Counted from the first letter of the stretch, positions 22,569 to 32,915 are shown. The stretch is 64,000 nucleotides of DNA from Flavobacteriaceae bacterium (GCA_049598145.1 JBMYNJ010000003.1:1489-65488), one strand, 5' to 3'. Numbers and translations: made by a program. The notes: generated by a model not told the origin, from the letters alone.

Positions 22569-22608
22569 GAAACTTTATTATTTATTAACTAATTATTAAT
22601 CGAAACAA

Positions 22609-25600
22609 ATGAAAAGCGTAATGCAAGTTTTGCTGTTAAGTGTTTTTTGCCTTTCTATGGCTCTGGCACAAAAAACAGTAACCGGTATGGTACTCGACGA
22701 TGCAGGGATGCCTCTGCCTGGAGCTACCGTACTTGAACAAGGAACTTCCAATGGGGTGACTACAGACTTTGATGGAAACTATTCTATCGAAGTAGCTGAA
22801 GGTGCTATTTTGGAAGTGAGCTTCGTGGGCTACACTACTGCATCTGAGCAAGTAGGAGCTGGCGACACTCTCAACTTTACTTTGACTTCTGACAACGAAC
22901 TCGACGAGATCGTAGTTTCTGCTCTTGGGGTTTCTCGAGATCAAAAGTCTATTGGTTATGCCCAACAAACCGTTGTTGGAGACCGATTAGTACAGGCAAA
23001 AGATACCGACCTGAACGTGTCTCTTACCGGTAAAGTTGCTGGAGTACAGATGATTGGTGGATCTTCTTCTACTTTCGATGCAGGTTTCTTACGTCTTCGT
23101 GGTGAAACTGGTGTCCTCTATGTAGTGGATGGAGTTAAATTATTCTCACAGACCGATGTTAACACCGACAACATTGCTAATCTTACCGTACTTAAAGGTG
23201 CTGCAGCAACTGCACTTTACGGGGTAGATGCAAGAAACGGGGTTGTATTAATTACAACTAAATCCGCAGAAAAAGGACAATCGAACTTCTCGATCGACCA
23301 TACAACGCAGATGACTAACGTTTCTATCTTACCGAACTATCAAGACGAGTACGGTGGTGGATACTACCAACAATGGGATACTTTTGCCTACAACGCTGCT
23401 ACTGATCCAGTAGAATGGGCGGCCTTCAACGGTCAAAGAATTCCTTACTATGCAGCTGACGAGTCTTGGGGACCTCGTTTAGATGGTACGCTTGTACGTC
23501 ATTGGGACAGCTGGATTCCTGGACACCCAGAATTTGGACAACTACGTCCTTGGGAAGCCAACCCAGATAACGTTCGTGATTTCTACCAAACAGCCATTTC
23601 TAACAACACTTCATTGGTGTGGGCTAAAGGTGGAGATGATTACAGCATCCGTACAGCCATCCGTAACTTAAAGCAAACTTTAGTAATGCCAAACTCTGGT
23701 CGTGACCAAGTAGATGTTAACGTTCGTGGATCCTTCAATCTAACTGATAAAATTGAATTATATGCCGGAATGAATTACCAATTCCGTGAAACACGTAACA
23801 GCCCAACCAATGGTTACGGTGGATTAGGATCCAACTTCAACCAATGGTGGCAGCGCCAATTGGATATGGACCGCTTAAAGAGCAATTATTTCTTCGAAGG
23901 AAACTACTACAGCTGGAACTCTCGTTCTGCACGTAACTCACGTCCTCTGTACTGGGATGCTCCGCACTTCGGTCCTGACAACAACCTTAACATCCAACGC
24001 AAAGATGTCATCTTTGGAAATGTTGGAGCAAACTTCGACTTAGGTCCTGGTCTTAAAGCCAACTTAGAGCTTCGTCGTCGTTTCAATAACTATGTTTCTA
24101 ATGGTCGTACGGCTTTTGGAGGTCTTGAACTCCCTGCTTTTTCTGAAGCGTCTTCTCGATACATCCAAAATGAGCTTTGGGGATTCATTTCCTATGACAA
24201 GCGTTTTGCTGGAAACATCGATATGAACTTAAAAGTAGGTTACCAGATGCAACAGAACCGCTCCAATGCAATTTCTGCTTCTACTGTTGGTGGATTATCG
24301 GTTCCTAACTTCTACAGTATTGCAACTTCTGTAGACCGTCCTAACTACTCTTCTACCTTGACGCAAGATAAATTGCAGTCGAACTTTGCAGCAGTATCTT
24401 TAGGATACAGCAGCATGTTGTACTTGGATGCTTCCTATCGTTTAGACTGGGGATCTACAGCTAATGCAGATGATAACCGCTTAGAGACACTAGGTCTTTC
24501 TGCGAGTTTCGTATTCGACAAATTAGTTGACTTTGGTGGATTGCTTTCTTTCGGAAAATTACGTGGAGGTTTCTCTCAAGCGCCGATCTTCCCGGGAGCA
24601 TACCAAACAACTACAGTATATAACGTAGGAAACCCTTACGGAACAAACGCTTCTTTCGCTGTTCCGAACACCCAAGCCAATCCTGAACTTTTAGGAGGTA
24701 CACGTGACGAAATGGAATTAGGTCTCGAAATGCGTTTCCTAAAAGACCGTATCGGACTTGATGTAACATACTTCGACCGTAAGGATAAGCAACTTCCTGT
24801 TGCGATTCCTGTAGCAGCTTCTTCTGGATTTTCTGGACTTTCCATTAACTCGGGTCAGACGTCTTCTAATGGGATCGAACTTACTTTAAGTGGTACCCCA
24901 ATTCAAACAGAAAACTTGGTCTGGGATCTTTCCGTAAACTTTGCTACACTCGAGAAAAAGCAAGACTTTATTGCTGAAGGAATCGATACGCAGATTTTGG
25001 ACTCTTGGGTTAGCTGGGGTGGATTGCAATTACAAAACCGTGTTGGTGAAGAGTACGGAACCTTTGTAGGTCGTCGTCGTGCTACTGATGCGAACGGGAA
25101 CTATATCCTTACAAGCTCTGGACGTTATACCTTCGATACAGGAGAAGTTCTTGGAAGCTTACTTCCAGACTTTACCGGAGGTATCGTTTCAAACTTAGCA
25201 TACAAAAACTGGTACATGAACCTTGGACTTGACTTTCAAGGCGGTGGTCGATTCTTCACTACCTCCAACATGTTCTCTTACTACTCTGGATTACATGAAA
25301 ACACTGTTGGAAACAACGATCTTGGAAACCCACTACGTGACGATCCAGCCAATGGCGGTGGTGTTCGTCGTCAAGGGGTAGATGCAAACGGAAACACAGT
25401 GGATGTATATATGGAATCTCAAACTTGGGGAGGTAGCTACTTCGGTGTTCACGACGAGTGGTTATACGATGCAACCTACCTAAAGTTACGTCAGATGCGT
25501 ATCGGATACCAATTACCACAAGATATGATCGCCAACACGCCATTTACAGGTGTTGACATCTCCCTTATTGGAAACAACCTATTATTGTTGTATTCTAAAG

Positions 25601-25734
25601 TAGGTCACGGTGGTGGTTTAGATCCTTCAGAAATTGAAGGTAGCGGATCCATTGCAGGTTCTTACCGTCACGTAGAAGGAGGTCAGTTGCCTCCAGCACG
25701 TACCATTGGACTAAACGTGAAACTTAACTTCTAA
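22609..25734 (+). CDS. SusC/RagA-family TonB-dependent outer-membrane transporter
   Basis: 1041 aa with a signal peptide ending in ALAQ. It has the carboxypeptidase-regulatory-like domain (TVTGMVLDDAGMPLPGATVLEQGTSNGVTTDFDGNYSI), a plug (VLKGAAATALYGVDARNGVVLITTK), and a barrel ending in F. Confidence 0.93.
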   Translation: MKSVMQVLLLSVFCLSMALAQKTVTGMVLDDAGMPLPGATVLEQGTSNGVTTDFDGNYSIEVAEGAILEVSFVGYTTASEQVGAGDTLNFTLTSDNELDEIVVSALGVSRDQKSIGYAQQTVVGDRLVQAKDTDLNVSLTGKVAGVQMIGGSSSTFDAGFLRLRGETGVLYVVDGVKLFSQTDVNTDNIANLTVLKGAAATALYGVDARNGVVLITTKSAEKGQSNFSIDHTTQMTNVSILPNYQDEYGGGYYQQWDTFAYNAATDPVEWAAFNGQRIPYYAADESWGPRLDGTLVRHWDSWIPGHPEFGQLRPWEANPDNVRDFYQTAISNNTSLVWAKGGDDYSIRTAIRNLKQTLVMPNSGRDQVDVNVRGSFNLTDKIELYAGMNYQFRETRNSPTNGYGGLGSNFNQWWQRQLDMDRLKSNYFFEGNYYSWNSRSARNSRPLYWDAPHFGPDNNLNIQRKDVIFGNVGANFDLGPGLKANLELRRRFNNYVSNGRTAFGGLELPAFSEASSRYIQNELWGFISYDKRFAGNIDMNLKVGYQMQQNRSNAISASTVGGLSVPNFYSIATSVDRPNYSSTLTQDKLQSNFAAVSLGYSSMLYLDASYRLDWGSTANADDNRLETLGLSASFVFDKLVDFGGLLSFGKLRGGFSQAPIFPGAYQTTTVYNVGNPYGTNASFAVPNTQANPELLGGTRDEMELGLEMRFLKDRIGLDVTYFDRKDKQLPVAIPVAASSGFSGLSINSGQTSSNGIELTLSGTPIQTENLVWDLSVNFATLEKKQDFIAEGIDTQILDSWVSWGGLQLQNRVGEEYGTFVGRRRATDANGNYILTSSGRYTFDTGEVLGSLLPDFTGGIVSNLAYKNWYMNLGLDFQGGGRFFTTSNMFSYYSGLHENTVGNNDLGNPLRDDPANGGGVRRQGVDANGNTVDVYMESQTWGGSYFGVHDEWLYDATYLKLRQMRIGYQLPQDMIANTPFTGVDISLIGNNLLLLYSKVGHGGGLDPSEIEGSGSIAGSYRHVEGGQLPPARTIGLNVKLNF

Positions 25735-25746
25735 TATCAACGAATC

Positions 25747-27198
25747 ATGAAAAAATATTTCAATTATTTAGGAGGATTGGTGTTAGCGATGGGCCTTGCG
25801 GTCTCTTGTGACACTGTAGATTTCGGGGATGAAAACCTCAACCCGAACCAGCCCTCTACTGCCTCTACGGCGGCACTACTCACCAATGCGATTCGTACCA
25901 TTCCTTCCCACGTAAGTGAAGTGAATAGCAACCTTATGGTGCAGTATATTTCCGAGATCACTTATACTGAGGATTCTCGTTACGAACAATTCGAATGGTC
26001 TTATGACGGCTGGTACTCTGGGCCGCTAAAAGACCTTCAAGAAATCATCGATTTGAATTCTCAGGCTCCCGAAAATTATACTGGAGGGGGAACAACTGCA
26101 AATCAGATCGCTGTAGCTCGTATTTTACAAACCTACTATTTCCACTACTTAACAGACCGTTGGGGTGCAGTTCCTTACGATCGTTCAGAAATCCTCAGAG
26201 GAGCTCAAAACTTGAAGCCTGCCTTTGCACAACAAGAGGATATCTACTTAGGTAGCGGTGGTCTATTTGATGAAATCGATGCGGCTCTTGCTCAAATCGA
26301 CGACTCGGGTAGCGTTAATGGCGATATCCTTTTCGACGGAAATATGGCGCATTGGAGAAAGTTTGCTAACACCCTTAAAATGGTAATGGCTTTACGTATC
26401 TCTCAGCGTAACGCCAGTGTAGCGCAAACCAAATTCATCGAGGCACACAATGCCGGGGTCATTGGAGCTGGTGAAAACATGCACTATCCTTACCTTACTG
26501 AGGATAACAATGACAACCCCTGGCAAGACCGTTTCCAAACACGGGAAGACTACGCAGTTTCTAACGTGCTTATCGATATGCTTAATGGAGCAAACAACAC
26601 TGACCCAAGTGATGACGATCCTCGTTTAGCTCGATTTGCTGAAACCAACCAAGATGGAGACTATGTTGGATGTCCATATGGAGTAGCCAACCCTAATGTT
26701 CTTCAGTCTGAAATCTCTTTCATCACTGACGATATCATCTATGATGGTACGGGAGCCGGTGGAATGATGTTTAGCTACGCTCAAATCGCTTTCGGTTATG
26801 CAGAAGCTGCTCACCGAGGATGGAATGTTCCCGGAGATGCTCCTACTTGGTATAACATCGGAATTCAAGCATCTATGGCCCAATGGGGAGTTGATGCTGC
26901 CGCGGCTACTGCATACGCAAACGCGCACCCCATAAGCCCAACTGCTCCTATGGAGTCTATCGCTTATGAGAAATATGTGGCTCTTTATATGCAAGGTGCA
27001 GAAGCATGGGCTGAGTGGAGACGTTTAGATCACCCTCAACTAGCTCCCGCAGCAGATGCGCTTTCTGGATCAGGAATTCCTGTACGTAACGGGTACTCTG
27101 CCCTTACACGTGAGCTAAACGCTGACAACTACAATGCAGCGGTTCAAGCGCAAGGAACAGATAACCAGGATACACGACTTTGGTGGGATGTAAACTAA
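25747..27198 (+). CDS. SusD-like (SusD-like_2 type) nutrient-binding lipoprotein
   Basis: 483 aa with the lipobox LAVSC. It starts 12 nt after its SusC partner and has the N-terminal NLNPNQPSTASTAALLTNAIR pattern typical of the SusD-like_2 subfamily. Confidence 0.8.
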   Translation: MKKYFNYLGGLVLAMGLAVSCDTVDFGDENLNPNQPSTASTAALLTNAIRTIPSHVSEVNSNLMVQYISEITYTEDSRYEQFEWSYDGWYSGPLKDLQEIIDLNSQAPENYTGGGTTANQIAVARILQTYYFHYLTDRWGAVPYDRSEILRGAQNLKPAFAQQEDIYLGSGGLFDEIDAALAQIDDSGSVNGDILFDGNMAHWRKFANTLKMVMALRISQRNASVAQTKFIEAHNAGVIGAGENMHYPYLTEDNNDNPWQDRFQTREDYAVSNVLIDMLNGANNTDPSDDDPRLARFAETNQDGDYVGCPYGVANPNVLQSEISFITDDIIYDGTGAGGMMFSYAQIAFGYAEAAHRGWNVPGDAPTWYNIGIQASMAQWGVDAAAATAYANAHPISPTAPMESIAYEKYVALYMQGAEAWAEWRRLDHPQLAPAADALSGSGIPVRNGYSALTRELNADNYNAAVQAQGTDNQDTRLWWDVN

Positions 27199-27225
27199 AG
27201 TTCATATTCCAATCTATTCAAGAAA

Positions 27226-27254
27226 AGCACCTATATTGTAGGTGCTTTTTTTTT
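27226..27254 (+). terminator. rho-independent terminator after the first SusCD pair
   Basis: An 8-bp stem (AGCACCTA / TAGGTGCT) with a 5-nt loop, then a run of 9 T. Confidence 0.75.
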
Positions 27255-27262
27255 AACTATAT

Positions 27263-27958
27263 ATGATGAAAAAACTATTATTATTCTGCTTAACAGGATG
27301 GATATGCGCTGTCAATGCTCAAGTATTATCGGTCAGTGAAACGGATATGTTTCGTTCTGGAAATATGTTCCTATCCGAGAACAACAGAAAGTATTCCGAT
27401 ATGGAAGGCACCCCCTATTGGAAAGATACCTTCGAAGCTGGTGAAATTCTTTTCGTCAGCGAACAAATTTTTGAAGGGAAAATCCGCTACGATATAGCCG
27501 CCCAAGTCTTTGAGTTTAAAAACGAAAATGGACAAGTGTTCCAACTAGAGCCTGCCGAAATTTTGCAAATTGCCTATGGAGGAACCCAATTTATCCCAGC
27601 CCAGAAACTCCGTATTGACGCGATCAAAAAACCTCCTGTATACTTTCAGGTTTTGGTGACACCCGCCCCCTATGGACTATTGGCTAGTCATACCAAAAAG
27701 GTGGTCATGCCTCGAAGAGATGGAATTGCTGTACCTGGACAACCCCTCGACAGCCAGAAAAATAAGTGGGAAGATGAGATCGCTTATTATTTAGTAGTCG
27801 ATAAACGAGTAATGAATTTACCTAAAAGTGTGAAAAAATTAAACGCAATTGATGCTTTTCAAGATTTTGACCTAAAAACAATCGTTAAAAAAAATAAGAT
27901 TAGTGTAAAAAAAGAAGCAGATTTAATTCGATTACTGAAAATACTAAACGAACTATAG
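27263..27958 (+). CDS. secreted hypothetical protein, 231 aa
   Basis: The signal peptide is MMKKLLLFCLTGWICAVNAQ. I recognise no domain. The C-terminus is Lys-rich. Confidence 0.6.
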   Translation: MMKKLLLFCLTGWICAVNAQVLSVSETDMFRSGNMFLSENNRKYSDMEGTPYWKDTFEAGEILFVSEQIFEGKIRYDIAAQVFEFKNENGQVFQLEPAEILQIAYGGTQFIPAQKLRIDAIKKPPVYFQVLVTPAPYGLLASHTKKVVMPRRDGIAVPGQPLDSQKNKWEDEIAYYLVVDKRVMNLPKSVKKLNAIDAFQDFDLKTIVKKNKISVKKEADLIRLLKILNEL

Positions 27959-28039
27959 ATCTTTTTAGAATTGTATTAATTTTTAGTTATATTGGATGCC
28001 CAATTTATTAACTGTTGTTTAACAAAAAACAAAAAAAGT

Positions 28040-31000
28040 ATGAAAAGCTTGCAAAAAGTAACATTATTGTTCTTTTTGGGGATTGGTCTAACCTTTGCTC
28101 AAAAGACAATAACGGGGACAGTGACAGACGATCAAGGTCTGCCATTACCTGGAGCTACGGTACTCGTTCAAGGAAGTTCCAATGGAGTGGCCACTGATTT
28201 TGATGGGAACTATTCCATACAAGCCAACGAAGGAGATGTCCTTGAAATCAGTTTCATAGGGTATAAAACCGTCACGCTTCCAGTGGGTGCAGAGGATCAA
28301 CTCAATGCAAGCCTTCAAGCAGCGAATGAGCTGGAGGAGGTTGTCGTATCGGGATATTCTACTGCTACAAAAGAATCATTTACCGGAACCCAAAAGACAA
28401 TCCAAGCCGAAGTGTTAGAGGCCAAAAACGTGGCAAACGTTACTCAAGCACTCGCAGGGGAATCGGCTGGAGTAAATGTAATCAACACATCGGGACAGCC
28501 CGGAACGGCATCTTCCATCCGTATTAGAGGGATTGGAACCGTTAACGGGAGTCGCGGACCCCTATTAGTCTTGGATGGGGTGCCTTATGATGGGCCTTCA
28601 AGTGCCATTAACCCCGCAGACATTGAGTCGACCACTGTATTGAAAGATGCATCTGCAACGGCGATTTATGGTGCTCGTGGGGCTAACGGGGTAATCTTGA
28701 TTAACACCAAAAAAGGAGGAAAAGGAACTACACAAATCAATGTAGACACCAAAACGGGAGTCAACTTCCGTCTATTACCGCGCTACAGCACGATTGAGTC
28801 TCCTGAAACTTTTGTCGGATTGGTATGGGAAAATCTCTTTAACAGAGACTGGGCCTCTAATGGAACAGATGCCAATGGCAATTTAGATGCAGCTTATGCG
28901 CCTAGCGCAACCGCTTATGCAAATGCCAATTTGTTTGTAGGAGGAACTGGAATCGATGCACGTTATAATATGTGGAGCAGTCCAGCTGCCGATCAATTAA
29001 TCGATCCATCCACTCGTACAGTAGTGCCTTCAGCTCAGCGTTTGTATACGCCTGAAGATTGGGACGACTATGCTTTCCAAAACTCTATTCGTCAGGAAAC
29101 GAATCTAAGTATCAGCGGTGGTGATCAAAAAACCCAATACTTTACTTCTTTCGGATACTTGGAGGATGTAGGTTATGCTGTAAATACAGACTTTAAACGA
29201 TACTCTACTCGTTTAAATCTAACTTCTAAACTCAACGATTGGTTAACAGGTTCTATGCGAATCGGATATTCCTACGGTGATTTTAACGACCCTGGGCAGT
29301 CTTCGGACTCTGGAAGTGTTTTCTGGTTTACCGATAACATTCCTGCGATTTTTCCGCTCTTTAAGCGTTACGACGAAACCGTAAACCCAATCGTTCCACA
29401 AGCCACTCCATACGATGATGCAATCTATGGAGGATATCAGTATGATTATGGCCTTGGGCGTAGCTTTGGAGCCCTAACAAACTCTATTGCCGATGCCAAT
29501 TTAAGTACGCGTAATACAATTACACACGCCTTAAATACCAATACGTCATTTAAAGTTGAGTTGGCTGAGGGATTAAAATTCGAAACAAGTTTAGGTACTA
29601 CCTACTCTAATGCAGCACGTAACTATCGCAACGATCCTTTCTACGGACCTAATGCGGGACAAAACGGTTATATCTCAAAATCCAAAACGGAGGTCTTAAC
29701 CACCAACCTATTGGCCCTACTTCGTTACTCACGCAACTTTGGAGCCCACTCGGTGAGTGCCTTTGCTGCACATGAAGCCTACAGTTATTCTCTATCCTTT
29801 ATGAATGCTAATAAGTTCAATCTTGTAATTCCGGATGGAGTAGAATTAAACAACGCTGTAGTCGCCGGTTCCCCAGCAACTTCCTATACCAACGAGTTCC
29901 GTTTGGAAAGTTTCTTCGGGCAAGTGGACTATGGCTATAACGACAAGTATTTCTTTAATGGAACGCTTCGTCGAGACGGATCTTCTCGTTTCGTTAGAGA
30001 AAAGTGGGATAACTTCGGAGCGATTGGATTGGCCTGGTTAGTCTCTAAAGAAGACTTTATGGCGAGCCAAAATATCTTTAGTTCCTTAAAATTTAAAGCC
30101 TCTTACGGACTCATCGGAGAACAAGGTGGGGTAGGTTTTTATCCGGGATACGACTTATTTGAAATGCAAAACCTAAACGACGAAATCTCTTTGTCTTTTT
30201 CAACCAAAGGAAATCCTGATCTCACTTGGGAGGTTTCCAAGCAATTCCAAACAGGAATCGAGTTTGAAATTGGAAATGTTTTAGAAGGTACAATCGATTA
30301 CTACGTTAAAAATACAGACGATCTCCTTTTTGACCGCCGTGTAGGGCCTTCTTTAGGATATGCATTCTTAAGGGTAAACGACGGAGCTTTACGGAATCAA
30401 GGATTGGAGTTTGATTTAACGGCTCACTTAATTCAAAAACAAAATTTCTTCCTGGACTTTACCGTGAATGGAGAAATGATCAAAAACGAAATGACTCGTT
30501 TACCGATCGATCCCGCTACTGGAGAGCAGAAAGTCATCGACATCAGTGGTTCCTTTGGACGTGCTGTCGGGTATTCTATCTTCGACTTTTACATTCGTGA
30601 ATTTGCAGGCGTAGACCCCGATTCTGGAGTACCATTATACAATCAATACTACTACGATGAAAATAGTAACGGTGCTTTAGATGCTGGTGAAGGAATCGAA
30701 TCGCTCTTTGAGTATCAAGATGAATTTCCGGATCGTGCCATCTCAATGGAAGAAACAAAAACCTATGCATCTGCTACAAAGAAATTTGTAGGCAAGTCGC
30801 CCTTCCCTAAAGTACGAGGTGCTTTCCGCTTAAATGCAGGATTTGGAAACTTTGACCTGAGTGCGCAGTTCCTTTACAGTATTGGCGGATATGCCTATGA
30901 CTCTGCATACGCCGGCCTAATGCACAACCGTGCAGCAGGAGGTAACAACTACCACACCGATATTCTTAATCGCTGGCAAGCGCCGGGAGACGCTACAGAC

Positions 31001-31294
31001 GTGCCCCGTTTGGATTCAAATTTAACTTCAAACGTAAACAGCACTTCTACGCGTTTCTTAACAAAAGCCGATTACCTCAACCTAAACAACGTTCGTTTGG
31101 GATACAGTTTCACGAAAGACCAATTAAACAGTAGTTTCCTTAAAGGAATTGATCTTTGGGTATCTGGTGATAATCTAATGCTCCTCTCTGCTCGTGACGG
31201 GTTTAACCCCGCAACTGCTGAAACAGGAGGATCGGACACTTACCGCTATCAACCCCTTTCTACGGTAACTAGTGGTGTACGTATTAAATTCTAA
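28040..31294 (+). CDS. SusC/RagA-family TonB-dependent outer-membrane transporter
   Basis: The listed ORF is trimmed to MKSLQKVTLLFFLGIGLTFAQ (ATG 28040). It has TITGTVTDDQGLPLPGATVLVQGSSNGVATDFDGNYSI, the plug VLKDASATAIYGARGANGVILINTKKG, and ends in RIKF. Confidence 0.93.
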   Translation: MKSLQKVTLLFFLGIGLTFAQKTITGTVTDDQGLPLPGATVLVQGSSNGVATDFDGNYSIQANEGDVLEISFIGYKTVTLPVGAEDQLNASLQAANELEEVVVSGYSTATKESFTGTQKTIQAEVLEAKNVANVTQALAGESAGVNVINTSGQPGTASSIRIRGIGTVNGSRGPLLVLDGVPYDGPSSAINPADIESTTVLKDASATAIYGARGANGVILINTKKGGKGTTQINVDTKTGVNFRLLPRYSTIESPETFVGLVWENLFNRDWASNGTDANGNLDAAYAPSATAYANANLFVGGTGIDARYNMWSSPAADQLIDPSTRTVVPSAQRLYTPEDWDDYAFQNSIRQETNLSISGGDQKTQYFTSFGYLEDVGYAVNTDFKRYSTRLNLTSKLNDWLTGSMRIGYSYGDFNDPGQSSDSGSVFWFTDNIPAIFPLFKRYDETVNPIVPQATPYDDAIYGGYQYDYGLGRSFGALTNSIADANLSTRNTITHALNTNTSFKVELAEGLKFETSLGTTYSNAARNYRNDPFYGPNAGQNGYISKSKTEVLTTNLLALLRYSRNFGAHSVSAFAAHEAYSYSLSFMNANKFNLVIPDGVELNNAVVAGSPATSYTNEFRLESFFGQVDYGYNDKYFFNGTLRRDGSSRFVREKWDNFGAIGLAWLVSKEDFMASQNIFSSLKFKASYGLIGEQGGVGFYPGYDLFEMQNLNDEISLSFSTKGNPDLTWEVSKQFQTGIEFEIGNVLEGTIDYYVKNTDDLLFDRRVGPSLGYAFLRVNDGALRNQGLEFDLTAHLIQKQNFFLDFTVNGEMIKNEMTRLPIDPATGEQKVIDISGSFGRAVGYSIFDFYIREFAGVDPDSGVPLYNQYYYDENSNGALDAGEGIESLFEYQDEFPDRAISMEETKTYASATKKFVGKSPFPKVRGAFRLNAGFGNFDLSAQFLYSIGGYAYDSAYAGLMHNRAAGGNNYHTDILNRWQAPGDATDVPRLDSNLTSNVNSTSTRFLTKADYLNLNNVRLGYSFTKDQLNSSFLKGIDLWVSGDNLMLLSARDGFNPATAETGGSDTYRYQPLSTVTSGVRIKF

Positions 31295-31296
31295 AA

Positions 31297-32838
31297 ATGA
31301 AGAATATGAAAAATATTAAAACCCTTTACGTAGCACTAAGTGTCGCAGTTACACTTATCGCATGTGAGAAAGATTTTCTTGAAACACGCCCTACTGAGTT
31401 AGTCTCTGCTGAGGATATTCAGGAAGCATCTGTGTTGAATCCAGGTTTGCAAGCTGCAAATGTTGGAGGTATCTATGCCACGATGTATCAGGCAGGTTCC
31501 GGAGGAACAAGTGGTCACGATGATTTTGGACACAAAGGATATGATATCTATGGAGATATGTTGTCTGGAGACATGGTATTGGGAGCAATTATCTATGGAT
31601 GGTACCGTAGCATTACAGAATTCCAAACCACGACAGACTTTACTTTTACGGATAATTATCAAGTTTGGCGCTTCTACTACCGTGTCATTTTCGCAGCAAA
31701 CATCGTCATCGATGGGTTGACTTCTGAAGATCAGCCCGTACCTGCAAATGCAGATGGACGTCACTATTTAGGCCAGGCCAAAGCCATGCGTGCATGGGCA
31801 TATTTCTACTTAGCTCAATATTTCCAAGAAAATCCTGGAAACCAGAGTGAAGAAATTTTACCCATCTACACCAATACTCAAGATCCCAACCAGGGATTGA
31901 GTTCAGCCTCTGACGTTTATGATCTAATCTTTTCCGATTTAGAAGATTCAACTGCTGGAGCAATTACGCTTTTAAGCGATTTTACTCGTTCGGCCAAGAG
32001 TGAAGTAGATGTAAACATTGCTCGCGGAATTGCTGCCTATGCTCACGGAGCTCGAGGAACTGCAGACGATTGGACTGCCGTACGCACCCTTACGGATGCG
32101 ATCTTAGCCGATGTCGGGGGGAATTTAATGACTGCATCTGAAGTAGTTTACGATTCCGCTACTGGCACTGGAGGAGGATTCAACGACGCCAGCATCCCCG
32201 GATGGATGTGGGGTGTGGATCTTACCAATGATAGCGATCTAGGACTAATCTCTTGGTGGGGAGTAATGGATGTCTTTACCTACAGCTATGCTTGGGCTGG
32301 AGACGGGAAATCCATTGACCTCGGACTACACGCTCAAATCGCTGCAAACGATGTGCGATTGGGACAATTCCAAGGCGATATTTACGGACGTCCCGGGATG
32401 TTTTTACCTTATGGGAAGTTCTTCCACCCCAACCGTACGATTGGTGGACAACGAGCCATCGATGCCGACTATGTATACATGCGGGTAGCAGAAATGCATT
32501 TACTCAATGCAGAGGCTCGTGCCAATACAGGGGATGATGCTGGTGCACAACAGAAATTAACGCAATTAATTACTGCGCGTACCTCAGACGGCACAGACCC
32601 CTACAACGTAGGTGCTCTATCTGGACAGGCTTTAAAAGATGCCATTTATCTCCAAACGAGAATTGAGCTTTGGGGAGAAGGAAAGTCCTATTTAGCTATG
32701 AAGCGTAACCGTGCAACGATTACTCGTGGATCAAACCACTTATCATTTGCTGGAGATCAGTTTAGTTTTGACGATGACAAGTTGACTTTTGAAATTCCAG
32801 AATTGGAAATTTTAAACAACCCGGAGATCAGTAACTAA
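31297..32838 (+). CDS. SusD/RagB-family nutrient-binding lipoprotein
   Basis: 513 aa with the lipobox LIAC, starting 2 nt after its SusC partner. The C-terminal pattern is YVYMRVAEMHLLNAEA ... IYLQTRIELWGEGKSYLAMKR. Confidence 0.88.
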   Translation: MKNMKNIKTLYVALSVAVTLIACEKDFLETRPTELVSAEDIQEASVLNPGLQAANVGGIYATMYQAGSGGTSGHDDFGHKGYDIYGDMLSGDMVLGAIIYGWYRSITEFQTTTDFTFTDNYQVWRFYYRVIFAANIVIDGLTSEDQPVPANADGRHYLGQAKAMRAWAYFYLAQYFQENPGNQSEEILPIYTNTQDPNQGLSSASDVYDLIFSDLEDSTAGAITLLSDFTRSAKSEVDVNIARGIAAYAHGARGTADDWTAVRTLTDAILADVGGNLMTASEVVYDSATGTGGGFNDASIPGWMWGVDLTNDSDLGLISWWGVMDVFTYSYAWAGDGKSIDLGLHAQIAANDVRLGQFQGDIYGRPGMFLPYGKFFHPNRTIGGQRAIDADYVYMRVAEMHLLNAEARANTGDDAGAQQKLTQLITARTSDGTDPYNVGALSGQALKDAIYLQTRIELWGEGKSYLAMKRNRATITRGSNHLSFAGDQFSFDDDKLTFEIPELEILNNPEISN

Positions 32839-32854
32839 GTCGATTCTTAAATTC

Positions 32855-32887
32855 CAAAAAAACCCACCCTTGCGGTGGGTTTTTTTA
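32855..32887 (+). terminator. rho-independent terminator after the second SusCD pair
   Basis: An ACCCACC / GGTGGGT stem with a 5-nt loop, flanked by an A-run and a T-run. Confidence 0.75.
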
Positions 32888-32915
32888 TGCCTATGAATTA
32901 GCTACCTTTAAACCG

